In this document: piece by piece, positions 10,688 through 21,816 of the stretch
How positions within the stretch are numbered: the stretch's first letter is position 1
Layout: every line of letters begins with the position of its first letter
Source: Macrostomum lignano
Taxonomy: Eukaryota
DNA: 23,394 nt
NCBI GenBank assembly: GCA_002269645.1
Contig: NIVC01001369.1
Location: 1-23,394, forward strand
Direction of reading: 5' to 3'
Program-made: the position numbers and the translations under genes
Notes under the pieces: model-generated
What the model was told of the DNA's origin: nothing
What the model saw: only the letters and a program-made list of their open reading frames with translations
Database searches by the model: none

Positions 10688-11069
10688 GATGCCAAATCCA
10701 TCAAGATCCTCTCCGCGAAGCAAAAATCCTGTCTGTGCAACTAAAAACCATCGAAATCCTCTCAGTGAAACTGGACTCCTTCGAAATCCTCTCCTTGAAA
10801 CTTAAATCCATCAAAATTGTTTCCATAAAACAGAAATCAATCATAAATTATCTCCGCGAAACAGAAAGCCTCTCCGTGAAGCTGAACATGATCGAAATCC
10901 TCTCCGTGAAACTGAACACCATGGAAATCCTTTCGTGAAACTGAACATCATCGAAATCCTCTCCACGAAACAGAAATCTTCTCCGTCAGAATTTAAACAT
11001 TGAAATCGTCTCCGTTAAACTTGACTTAATCGAATTTTTTCCGTCAAACAACTTAACTCGCCAGATTCA
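10688..11069 (+). repeat. 30-bp minisatellite block
   Basis: 382 bp, matches 7549-7930. Confidence 0.9.
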
Positions 11070-11103
11070 TTAGGGTTAGGGTTAGGGTTAGGGTTAGGGT
11101 TAG
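11070..11103 (+). repeat. Interstitial (TTAGGG)5TTAG (U5)
   Basis: Read directly. Confidence 0.97.
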
Positions 11104-11166
11104 AACTACGCACAGCTTCGTGTTAAAAGGCACAGATAAAAATATTGAACTAATTGAATCAATTCA

Positions 11167-12538
11167 TTGCGCAACCGATTTCACAGTCAGTATCAGTCTC
11201 AGTTAAATTTAACCAAAAGATTGCGCAATTTAAATCAACCCTCCAGTACACAGAGACCGACCCCTTTTCAATACGCTGTGGCAGTTAGAAATTGAACCCC
11301 CATCTGTTGGGGGCATTGAACCAAAAAATGAGTACAATCTTTGCATAAAGCTAAAAGTATGGAAATAGTTTTTTTGATGCTGCTCTTTTAGTCTTTATAT
11401 TGAAAGCTAACAATTTATATCCTCGAACTCAGCATTGCAAGATCTTTTCAGCAGTATAAGTCTCTTCTCTTAAAGTTTAGAACTCGAAGAGCAGTTAGCG
11501 TTTGAAAGTTTCCGTTTTAAAGCATTAAAATATCGAGTGTACGTTCACTGCCTGCCAAAGAGGCTCGCAAGTTGATTCATTCATTACACAGGCTGGCTAT
11601 TACACAGGGCAGCGTATTGAAAGGCACAGATAATAAAACAAATTGATGGTGCAACCGATTTCACAGTCAGTCAGTATCAGTCTCAGTTAAAGTTAACAAA
11701 AACATTGCGCAATCTAAATCAACCCTCCAATACACAGCAGCAGTGAGAAGTTGAACCCTCCCCCAACTTTATCTATTACGTCTCGCAAAACTGAGCACAA
11801 TTTTTGCAGAAAGTTAAAAGCATGGAAATAGTTTTTTCAATGCTGGCTTTTTCTTTACACATTTAAAGCAAACAACTTATATCCCCGAACTCAGCGTTGC
11901 AAGATCTTTCCAGCAATATAAGTTTCTCCTCTGAAAGTTTAAAACTCGAGGAACAGTTAGCGTTTGAATTTACCAATTTCCCGACTACTTGCTAGAGAAG
12001 CTCGCAAGTTTATTCATTGAATTTCACTGCCAAACTAATACACAGGGCCGATAATAAAAAATGAACCAATTGAATCAATTGATTGTGCAATATATTTCTG
12101 TGTTAGTCAGTATCAGTCTCAGTTAAAGTTAACAAACAGATTGCGCAATCTAAATCAACCCTCAAATACACACCGACCGACCTCCTAACTGTTGGGGGTC
12201 GGTCGAACGCCATTGAAATCCTAAAATGAGTACAATCTTTGCAGAAAGTTTAAAGTATGGAAATAGTTTTTGCAATGCAGAGCTTTTAGTTTTCATATTT
12301 AAAGCAAACAATTTATATCCCTGAAATCAGCTTTGCAAGTTCTTTCCAGCAATATAAATTTTTTTCTCTCAAAGTTAAAAACTCGAGCAACAGTTTGCGT
12401 TTGAAACTTTCTGATTTAAAGCATTGAAATATCGATTGTACGTTCACTGCCTGCTAAAGAGGCCCGCAAGTTTATGCATTGAATTTCAAGGTTCAACAAA
12501 ATCACAGGGCTGCCTATTGAAAATTAGAACACAAATCT
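11167..12538 (+). repeat. Three tandem core subrepeats a-b-c
   Basis: Near-identical to 8028-9400. Confidence 0.92.
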
Positions 12539-12881
12539 TTGCGCAATTGTCTATACAGTCAGCCAGTGAGCCAGGGTCCGATTGTACACATGCAGCCATT
12601 TAGAACGCCCCATCCCCCCACTGGAGAGAAAATACACTGCAGAGATAGGGAAAAGTTGTGGCGCAATCACTTGAAATTCATGCAAATTTTCAGCTCCAAG
12701 CAGAAAGAGGGGACAATTAAGATTATCAAAGGTCAAGACCGCCGTTTTCTGCTTTTTTGAGGATCTTAGAAATTAAAATTTCAGAATTAAAATAGCCTAT
12801 AGCCGACCTCGGATAATTTCCAATCTTCCCATATAAGTTTCAACGCTGAGTTGGCACTATTCAAGGAGGAGTTGTCGAAAT

Positions 12882-12901
12882 GACAGACATACAGACAGAC
12901 A
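12882..12901 (+). repeat. Short GACA/TACA microsatellite
   Basis: GACAGACATACAGACAGACA. Confidence 0.9.
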
Positions 12902-13086
12902 AACAACACGTCAACTTTAGTATATACGAGTGGAACTCCTCCTTCGGAGGAGAAAGGGGAAGAACTCCCATCACCGGAATTCTATTCCCTGAAATATCCA
13001 TCAACTGAAATTCCATGTCTTTAACCCTATCTTCCAAATCGTCTCCAAATTCTTTACAAAATCTTTCAAAGACCATAGCTCAAAGA

Positions 13087-14094
13087 CTCTTACGTCTCTC
13101 ATATCTACTCTCTCCTCTCTTCGCTATTATCGTGACTCGCTTCTCTCTCCTCTCTCTCATCTCATCTCTACCCCTACTCTCTTATTTATCTCTACTCCCT
13201 TATTTATCTCTTCTCCCTCGTCTTTCGTCTGTACCCTATCCTGTCTACTCTCCTATCTTCTATCTTATCTCTCCCCTTTTCTCTCCTCTCTCATATCTAA
13301 TCTCTAATCACTTATCTATCGTCTCCGCTCTACTTTCTCTCTTCTTTTTTCTCTCTTCTCTCTGCTCTCATTTCTCGTATCTCTTATACGCTCTCACCCT
13401 CTCCTTTCTTATCTCCCATCTTTCTTCCCTCCTTTCTACTGCATCACCTGTCTCCTCTCTTCTCTTTTCTCTCCTCTCCATTCTCTCTCTCCTCTCATCT
13501 GTACTATCTTTTTTATCTCTTCTCCCAGGTCTTTCAAATTTACTCTCTCCTGTCTCCTCTCTCCCCTCGTCTTTCCTCTCTCATATCTCTTCTCTACTCA
13601 CTTATATATTCTCTCTCCTCTGCTCCCCTTTTACACTTTCCTATATGCTCTCACTCTCACCCTCCCCTTTCTTATCTGCTGTTTTTACACTCCTTTCTAC
13701 CACCTGTCTCCTCTCGTTTCTCTCCTCTCTGCACTCTCATCTTTACCCTCTTCTTTCTCCTCACTACTTTCTTCTCTTAAATCTCTGATCTCTGATCTTT
13801 CATCTCTCTCCTCTCACCTCTCACCTCTCTCCTCTCTTTCCTCTCTTCTATTGCCTCTGTACGCTCTTGTCCCTCCTTTCTTCTCCATCCTGTCTCCTCT
13901 CTGCAATCTCATATCTCCTCTCTCATATCCTCTCCCTTCATCTCCTCTCTCCTCTTCTCTTCTCTCTCCTTCGTTCCCGCCTTACTTTCCTCTTCTCTCC
14001 CATCTGTCATGTCTAATCTCTCCACTCATTTCTACTCTGTTTTCTATCATCTCATCTCTCTTCTCTTTTCATTCTTCTCTTTACTCTCTTCTCT
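13087..14094 (+). repeat. CT-rich block (long diverged type, ~1008 bp)
   Basis: Same flanks as the short type (AAAGACTCT... / ...CTCTGACTGATTGAAG) but longer and diverged internally. Confidence 0.95.
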
Positions 14095-14105
14095 GACTGA
14101 TTGAA

Positions 14106-14633
14106 GATGCCAAATCCATCAAGATCCTCTCCGCGAAGCAGAAATCCTGTCCGTGCAACTGAAAACCATCGAAATCCTCTCCGTGAAACTGGACTCCTTC
14201 GAAATCCTCTCCTTGAAACTTAAATCCATCAAAATCGTCTCCATAAAACAGAAATCAATCATAAATTATCTCCGCGAAACAGAAATCCTCTCCGTGAAGC
14301 TGAACATCATCGAAATCCTCTCCGTGAAACTGAACACCTTCGAAATCCTCTCCGTGAAACTGAACACCTTCGAAATCCTCTCCTTGAAACTTAAATCTAT
14401 CAAAATCGTCTCCATAAAGCAGAAATCAATCATAAATTTAACTCCGCGAAACAGAAATCCTCTCCGTGAAGCTGAACATCATCAAAATCCTCTCCGTGAA
14501 ACTGAGCACCATCGAAATCCTCTCCACGAAACAGAAATCCTCTTTGTCAAAATTAAAACATTGAAATCGTCTCCGCTAAACTGGACTCAATCAATTTTTT
14601 CCGTCAAACAACTCAACTCTCCGGATTCATTGG
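14106..14633 (+). repeat. Expanded 30-bp minisatellite block (528 bp)
   Basis: Perfect tandem 30-mers CGAAATCCTCTCCGTGAAACTGAACACCTT at 14311-14340 and 14341-14370. Confidence 0.93.
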
Positions 14634-14655
14634 TTAGGGTTAGGGTTAGGGTTAG
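14634..14655 (+). repeat. Interstitial (TTAGGG)3TTAG (U6)
   Basis: Read directly; preceded by CATTGG. Confidence 0.95.
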
Positions 14656-15620
14656 AACTACGCACAGCTTCGTGTTAAAAGGCACTGATAAACTATTGAA
14701 CTAATTGAATCAATTCATTGCGCAACCGATTTCACAGTCAGTCAGTATCAGTCTCAGTTAAAGTTAACAAAAACATTGCGCAATCTAAATCAACCCTCCA
14801 ATACAAAGCAACTGACCCCCTTCCTATACACAGCGCCAGTTGGAAGTCGAAACCCCCAACTTTATCTCTCACCTCTCGCCAAAATGAGTACAATCTTTGC
14901 AGAAAGTTTAAAGTATGGAAATAGTTTTTGCAATGCAGAGCTTTTAGTTTTCATATTTGAAGCAAACAATTTATATCCCTGAAATCAGCTTTGCAAGTTC
15001 TTTCCAGCAATATAAATTTTTTCTCTCAAAGTTAAAAACTCGAGCAACAGTTTGCGTTTGAAACTTTCTGATTTAAAGCATTGAAATATCGATTGTACGT
15101 TCACTGCCTGCTAAAGAGGCCCGCAAGTTTATGCATTGAATTTCAACGTTCAACAAAATCACAGGGCTGCCTATTGAAAATTAGAACACAAATCTTTGCG
15201 CAATTGTCTATACAGTCAGCCAGTGAGCCAGGGTCCGATTGTACACAGGCAGCCATTTAGAACGCCCCATCCCCCCACTGGAGAGAAAATACACTGCAGA
15301 GATAGGGAAAAGTTGTGGCGCAATCACTTGAAATTCATGCAAATTTTCAGCTCCAAGCAGAAAGAGGGGACAATTAAGATTATCAAAGGTCAAGACCGCC
15401 GTTTTCTGCTTTTTTGAGGATTTTAGAAATTAAAATTTCAGAATTAAAATAGCCTATAGCCGACCTCGGATAATTTCCAATCTTCCCATATAAGTTTCAA
15501 CGCTGAGTTGCCACTATTCAAGGAGGAGTTGTCGAAATGACAGACAGACACACAGACAGACAGACAAACAACGCGTCAACTTTAGTATATATAGAGAGTG
15601 GAACTCCTCCTTCGGAGGAG
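14656..15620 (-). mobile_element. Putative Helitron/HINE-like module U6, 1 core (variant d)
   Basis: Core 14718-15195; arm 15196-15595; hairpin 15604-15620. Confidence 0.45.
15539..15566 (+). repeat. GACA/CACA microsatellite
   Basis: Read directly. Confidence 0.9.
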
Positions 15621-15754
15621 AAAGGGGAAGAACTCCCATCACCGGAATTCCATTCCCTGAAATATCCATCAACTGAAATTCCATGTCTTGAACCCTATCT
15701 TCCAAATCGTCTCCAAATTCTTTAGAAAACCTTTCAAAGACCATAGCTCAAAGA

Positions 15755-16763
15755 CTCTCACGTCTCTCATATCTACTCTCTCCACTCTGTGCTATTATCG
15801 TGACTCTCTTCTCTCTCCTCTCTCACATCTCATCTCTACCCGTACTCCCTTATTTATGTTTTCTCCCTCGTCTTTCGTCTGTACCCTCTCCTGTCTCTTG
15901 TCTCCTCTCTTCTCTCATATCTCTCCTCTTCACTTCTGTCTCCTGTCTTCTCTCTTCTCTCTTATCTCTCCCTCTTCTCTCCTCTTTTATATGTCATCCC
16001 TATTCACTTATCTATCGTCTCTCTTAACCCTCTCTCTCTTCTCTTTTCTTTCCTCTCTGCTCTCATTTCTCATATCTCATATACGCTCTCACACTCCACT
16101 TACTTGTCTCCAATCTTTCTTTCGTCCTTTCCACTTTTCCCTGTCTCTTCTCTTCTCTCTTTTCTATCCTCTCCATTCTCTCTTTTCTCCTCCCTTGCTC
16201 CTTTTATCTTCTCCCCTCTCTTCTCTAATCTCTTCTCTCTTCTCTCTTATGTTCTCACTCATCTCTTATCATCGCATCTCTCATCTCTCCTCTCCTCACT
16301 ACTTTCCTCTCTTAACTCTCTTATCTATTTCATCTCTCTCCTCTCTCCTCTTTCTCTTCTCCTCTCGCTTCTTCTCTCGCTTCTCTCTCCTATCTCTCCT
16401 CTCATCTCTACTACCGTATTTATATCTTCTAACTGGTCCTTCGTCTCTACTCTCTCCTTTCTCCTTTCTCCCCTCTTTTCTCCTTTCTTGTCTCTCCTGT
16501 CTCCCCTCCTCTCTCATCCCTCATCCCCTCATCTCACTCTTTCTTTCTCCTCTACTCTCCCCTCTCTTCTATTTTCTCTGTACGCTCTTATCCCTAATCT
16601 ATTTTCTCTCCTCTCTCCTCTTTTCTTCTCTCTCCCTCTTCGTTCCCGCCTAAATCCCCTCTTCTCTCCAATCTGTCATGTCTAATATCTCCACTTATTT
16701 CTACTCTGTTTTCTATCATCTCATCTCTCTTCTGCTTTCATTCTTCTCTTTACTCTTTTCTCT
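15755..16763 (+). repeat. CT-rich block (long diverged type, ~1009 bp)
   Basis: Same flanks; internally diverged from both the short type and 13087-14094. Confidence 0.95.
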
Positions 16764-16774
16764 GACTGATTGAA

Positions 16775-16971
16775 GATGCCAAATCCATCAAGATCCTCTC
16801 CGCGAAGCAGAAATCCTGTCCGTGCAACTGAAAACCATCGAAATCCTCTCCGTGAAACTGGACTCCTTCGAAATCCTTTCCGTGAAACTGAAAACCATCG
16901 AAATTATCTCTTTTAAACTGGACTCAATCGAAATTTTCTCCGTCAAAAAAATAAATATCAGGATTCATTGG
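16775..16971 (+). repeat. Contracted 30-bp minisatellite block (197 bp)
   Basis: Three to four ATCGAAAT..CCGTGAAACTG-type units. Confidence 0.88.
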
Positions 16972-17004
16972 TTAGGGTTATTGTTAGGGTTAGGGTTAGG
17001 GTTA
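16972..17004 (+). repeat. Interrupted telomere-type tract TTAGGG-TTATTG-(TTAGGG)3-TTA (U7)
   Basis: Read directly. Confidence 0.95.
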
Positions 17005-17058
17005 AAGCTACACACAGCTGCGTGTTCAAATAAAAATTGAACCAATTGAATCAATTGA

Positions 17059-17999
17059 TTGCGCAACCGATTTCTCAGTCAGTCAGTATCAGTCTCAGTT
17101 AAAGTTAACAAAAAGATTGCGCAATCTAAATCAACCCTCCAGTACACAGAGACCGACCTCTTTTCAATACGCAGTAGCAGTTAGAAATTGAACGCCGAAC
17201 TGTTGGGGGCATTGAACCAAAAAATGAGTACAATCTTTGCATAAAGCTAAAAGTATGGAAATAGTTTTTTTGATGCTGCTCTTTTAGTCTTTATGTTTAT
17301 AGCAAACAATTTATATCCTCGAACTCAGCGTTGCAAGATCTTTTCAGCAGTATAAGTAGCTTCTCTTAAAGTTTAGAACTCGAAGAGCAGTTAGCGTTTG
17401 AAAGTTCCCGTTTTAAGGCATTGAAATATCGCGTGTACGTTCACTGCCTGCCAAAGAAGCTCGCAAATTTATTCATTCATTACACAGGCTGGCTATTACA
17501 CAGGGCAGCCTATTGAAAGGCACAGATAATAAAACAAATTGATGGCGCAACCGATTTCACAGTCAGTCAGTATCAGTCTCAGTTAAAGTTAACAAAAACA
17601 TTGCGCAATCTAAATCAACCCTCCAATACACAGCAGCAGTAAGAAGTTGAACCCTCCCCCAAACTTTATCTATTACGTCTCGCAAAACTGAGTACAATAT
17701 TTGCAGAAAGTTAAAAGTATGGAAATAGTTTTTTCAATGCTGTGCTTTTTCTTTTCATATTTAAAGCAAACAATTTATATCCCTGAAATCAGCTTTGCAA
17801 GTTCTTTCCAGCAATATTAATTTTTTCTCTCAAAGTTAAAAACTCGAGCAACAGTTAGCGTTTGAAACTTTCTGATTTAAAGCATTGAAATATCAATTGT
17901 ACGTTCACTGCCTGCTAAAGAGGCCCGCAAGTTTATGCATTGAATTTCAAGGTTCAACAAAATCACAGGGCTGCCTATTGAAAATTAGAACACAAATCT
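17059..17999 (+). repeat. Two tandem core subrepeats
   Basis: Second core starts like b (CAGCAGCAGT..GAAG) and ends like c (CCCTGAAATCAGCTTTG, TTAGAACACAAATCT). Confidence 0.9.
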
Positions 18000-18342
18000 T
18001 TGCGCAATTGTCTATAAAGTCAGCCGGTGAGCCAGGGTCCGATTGTACACATGCAGCCATTTAGAACGCCCCATCCCCCCACTGGAGAGAAAATACACTG
18101 CCAAGGTAGCAAAATTTTATGGCGCAATCACTTAAAATTCATGCAAATTTTCAGCTCCGAGCAGAAAGAGGGGACAATTAAGATTATCAAAGGTCAAGAC
18201 CGCCGTTTTCTGCTTTTTTGAGGATCTTAGAAATTAAAATTTCAGAATTAAAATAGCCTATAGCCGACCTCGGATAATTTCCAATCTTCCCATATAAGTT
18301 TCAACGCTGAGTTGCCACTATTCAAGGAGGAGTTGTCGAAAT

Positions 18343-18370
18343 GACAGACAGACACACAGACAGACAGACA
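18343..18370 (+). repeat. GACA/CACA microsatellite
   Basis: Read directly; same allele as 15539-15566. Confidence 0.9.
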
Positions 18371-18560
18371 AACAACGCGTCAACTTTAGTATATATAGAT
18401 AGAGTGGAACTCCTCCTTCGGAGGAGAAAGGGGAAGAACTCCCATCACCGGAATTCTATTCCCTGAAATATCCATCAACTGAAATTCCATGTCTTTAACC
18501 CTATCTTCCAAATCGTCTCCAAATTCTTTACAAAATCTTTCAAAGACCATAGCTCAAAGA

Positions 18561-19269
18561 CTCTCAAGTCTCTCATATCTCCTCTCTCCTCTCTCTCATC
18601 TCATCTCTACCCCTGCTCCCTTATTTATCTCTTCTCCCTCGTCTTTCGTCTGTACCTTCTCCTGTCTTCTGTCTCCTCTCTTCACTCTTATCTCTCCCTC
18701 TTCTCTCCTCTCTCATATGTCATCTCTACTCACTTATCTATCGTCTCTCTTAACCCTCTCTCTCTCTTCTCTTTTCTCTTCTCTCTGCTCTCATTTCTCA
18801 TATTTCATATACGCTCTGACACTACTTTCTTGTCTCCCATCTTTCTTCCTCCTTTTCACTATCCCCTGTCTCTTCTCTTCTCTCTTTTCTATTCTCTCCA
18901 TTCTCTCTTTTCTCATTTCCTTGCTCCTTTCATCTCTCTCCTCTCTCCTCACTCTCTTCTCCTTTCGCTTCTCTCTCCTCTCTCTCCTCTCATCTTTACT
19001 ACCTTATTTATATCTTCTCCTTAGTCTTTCGTCTGTACTCTCTCCTGTCTCCTCTCTCCCCTGCTCTCTCATCCCTCATCTCCTCATCTCACTCTTTCTT
19101 TCTCCTCTACTCTCCCTCTCTTATATTGCCTCTGTACGCTCTTATCCCTCATCTATTCTCTCTCCTATCATCTCCAATCTGTCATGTCTAATCTCTCCAC
19201 TCAATTATACTCTGTTTTCTATCATCTCTTCTCTCTTCTCTTTTCAGTCTTCTCTTTACTCTCTTCTCT
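18561..19269 (+). repeat. CT-rich block (short type)
   Basis: Near-identical to 9967-10676. Confidence 0.95.
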
Positions 19270-19280
19270 GACTGATTGAA

Positions 19281-19662
19281 GATGCCAAATCCATCAAGAT
19301 CCTCTCCGCGAAGCAAAAATCCTGTCTGTGCAACTAAAAACCATCGAAATCCTCTCAGTGAAACTGGACTCCTTCGAAATCCTCTCCTTGAAACTTAAAT
19401 CCATCAAAATTGTTTCCATAAAACAGAAATCAATCATAAATTATCTCCGCGAAACAGAAAGCCTCTCCGTGAAGCTGAACATGATCGAAATCCTCTCCGT
19501 GAAACTGAACACCATGGAAATCCTTTCGTGAAACTGAACATCATCGAAATCCTCTCCACGAAACAGAAATCTTCTCCGTCAGAATTTAAACATTGAAATC
19601 GTCTCCGTTAAACTTGACTTAATCGAATTTTTTCCGTCAAACAACTTAACTCGCCAGATTCA
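19281..19662 (+). repeat. 30-bp minisatellite block
   Basis: 382 bp, matches 2160-2541. Confidence 0.9.
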
Positions 19663-19696
19663 TTAGGGTTAGGGTTAGGGTTAGGGTTAGGGTTAG
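19663..19696 (+). repeat. Interstitial (TTAGGG)5TTAG (U8)
   Basis: Read directly. Confidence 0.97.
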
Positions 19697-19759
19697 AACT
19701 ACGCACAGCTTCGTGTTAAAAGGCACAGATAAAAATATTGAACTAATTGAATCAATTCA

Positions 19760-21132
19760 TTGCGCAACCGATTTCACAGTCAGTATCAGTCTCAGTTAAA
19801 TTTAACCAAAAGATTGCGCAATTTAAATCAACCCTCCAGTACACAGAGACCGACCCCTTTTCAATACGCTGTGGCAGTTAGAAATTGAACCCCCATCTGT
19901 TGGGGGCATTGAACCAAAAAATGAGTACAATCTTTGCATAAAGCTAAAAGTATGGAAATAGTTTTTTTGATGCTGCTCTTTTAGTCTTTATATTGAAAGC
20001 TAACAATTTATATCCTCGAACTCAGCATTGCAAGATCTTTTCAGCAGTATAAGTCTCTTCTCTTAAAGTTTAGAACTCGAAGAGCAGTTAGCGTTTGAAA
20101 GTTTCCGTTTTAAAGCATTAAAATATCGAGTGTACGTTCACTGCCTGCCAAAGAGGCTCGCAAGTTGATTCATTCATTACACAGGCTGGCTATTACACAG
20201 GGCAGCGTATTGAAAGGCACAGATAATAAAACAAATTGATGGTGCAACCGATTTCACAGTCAGTCAGTATCAGTCTCAGTTAAAGTTAACAAAAACATTG
20301 CGCAATCTAAATCAACCCTCCAATACACAGCAGCAGTGAGAAGTTGAACCCTCCCCCCAACTTTATCTATTACGTCTCGCAAAACTGAGCACAATTTTTG
20401 CAGAAAGTTAAAAGCATGGAAATAGTTTTTTCAATGCTGGGCTTTTTCTTTACACATTTAAAGCAAACAACTTATATCCCCGAACTCAGCGTTGCAAGAT
20501 CTTTCCAGCAATATAAGTTTCTCCTCTGAAAGTTTAAAACTCGAGGAACAGTTAGCGTTTGAATTTACCAATTTCCCGACTACTTGCTAGAGAAGCTCGC
20601 AAGTTTATTCATTGAATTTCACTGCCAAACTAATACACAGGGCCGATAATAAAAAATGAACCAATTGAATCAATTGATTGTGCAATATATTTCTGTGTTA
20701 GTCAGTATCAGTCTCAGTTAAAGTTAACAAACAGATTGCGCAATCTAAATCAACCCTCAAATACACACCGACCGACCTCCTAACTGTTGGGGGTCGGTCG
20801 AACGCCATTGAAATCCTAAAATGAGTACAATCTTTGCAGAAAGTTTAAAGTATGGAAATAGTTTTTGCAATGCAGAGCTTTTAGTTTTCATATTTAAAGC
20901 AAACAATTTATATCCCTGAAATCAGCTTTGCAAGTTCTTTCCAGCAATATAAATTTTTTCTCTCAAAGTTAAAAACTCGAGCAACAGTTTGCGTTTGAAA
21001 CTTTCTGATTTAAAGCATTGAAATATCGATTGTACGTTCACTGCCTGCTAAAGAGGCCCGCAAGTTTATGCATTGAATTTCAAGGTTCAACAAAATCACA
21101 GGGCTGCCTATTGAAAATTAGAACACAAATCT
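19760..21132 (+). repeat. Three tandem core subrepeats a-b-c
   Basis: Near-identical to 8028-9400. Confidence 0.92.
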
Positions 21133-21475
21133 TTGCGCAATTGTCTATACAGTCAGCCAGTGAGCCAGGGTCCGATTGTACACATGCAGCCATTTAGAAC
21201 GCCCCATCCCCCCACTGGAGAGAAAATACACTGCAGAGATAGGGAAAAGTTGTGGCGCAATCACTTGAAATTCATGCAAATTTTCAGCTCCAAGCAGAAA
21301 GAGGGGACAATTAAGATTATCAAAGGTCAAGACCGCCGTTTTCTGCTTTTTTGAGGATCTTAGAAATTAAAATTTCAGAATTAAAATAGCCTATAGCCGA
21401 CCTCGGATAATTTCCAATCTTCCCATATAAGTTTCAACGCTGAGTTGGCACTATTCAAGGAGGAGTTGTCGAAAT

Positions 21476-21511
21476 GACAGACAGACATACAGACAGACAT
21501 ACAGACAGACA
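21476..21511 (+). repeat. Compound (GACA/TACA) microsatellite
   Basis: Read directly. Confidence 0.95.
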
Positions 21512-21569
21512 AACAACGCGTCAACTTTAGTATATACGAGGCCAACTCCTCCTTCGGAGAAGAAAGGGG

Positions 21570-21800
21570 AAGAACTCCAAATAAGCGGAATTCCATTCCC
21601 TGAACTCCATCAGCGGAATCCCATTTTCCAACACCTCTCCGCGCAACAGAAATCGTCTCCGTGAAACTGAACACTATCGAAATCCTCTCCGTGAAACTGA
21701 ACACCATCGAAATATTCTCCGCGAAATAGAAATCCTCTCCGTGAAACTGGACTAAATCGAAATTTCTACGTCAAACAGCCCAGCTCTCAGAATTCATTGG
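21570..21800 (+). repeat. ~30-bp repeat run without the CT block
   Basis: GAACTCCA..GCGGAAT..CATT units pass directly into ATCGAAATCCTCTCCGTGAAACTG units. Confidence 0.8.
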
Positions 21801-21816
21801 TTAGGGTTAGGGTTAG
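21801..21816 (+). repeat. Interstitial (TTAGGG)2TTAG (U9)
   Basis: Read directly; CATTGG left flank as in U6, U7 and U10. Confidence 0.9.

Larger units (their letters stand above)
11104..12952 (-). mobile_element. Putative Helitron/HINE-like module U5, 3 cores, variant arm
   Basis: Cores at 11167, 11647, 12083; arm from 12539 carries the CAAGACCGCCG variant, a shortened microsatellite and the end TAGTATATACGAG; hairpin 12936-12952. Confidence 0.45.
17005..18426 (-). mobile_element. Putative Helitron/HINE-like module U7, 2 cores (a + b/c chimera)
   Basis: Cores at 17059 and 17543; arm 18000-18399 ending TATATAGA|T (A|TC on the - strand); hairpin 18410-18426. Confidence 0.45.
19697..21562 (-). 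mobile_element. Putative Helitron/HINE-like module U8, 3 cores
   Basis: Cores at 19760, 20240, 20678; arm from 21133; imperfect hairpin CTCCTCCTTCGGAGAAG 21546-21562. Confidence 0.45.

Noticed and set aside
14311-14370. CRISPR-like 30-bp repeats
   Set aside because: Repeats are directly tandem and degenerate, with no unique spacers and no cas genes, in a eukaryotic context.
16299-16517. Arg/Glu/Lys-rich minus-strand ORF
   Set aside because: It is the translation of the GA-rich complement of the CT block.
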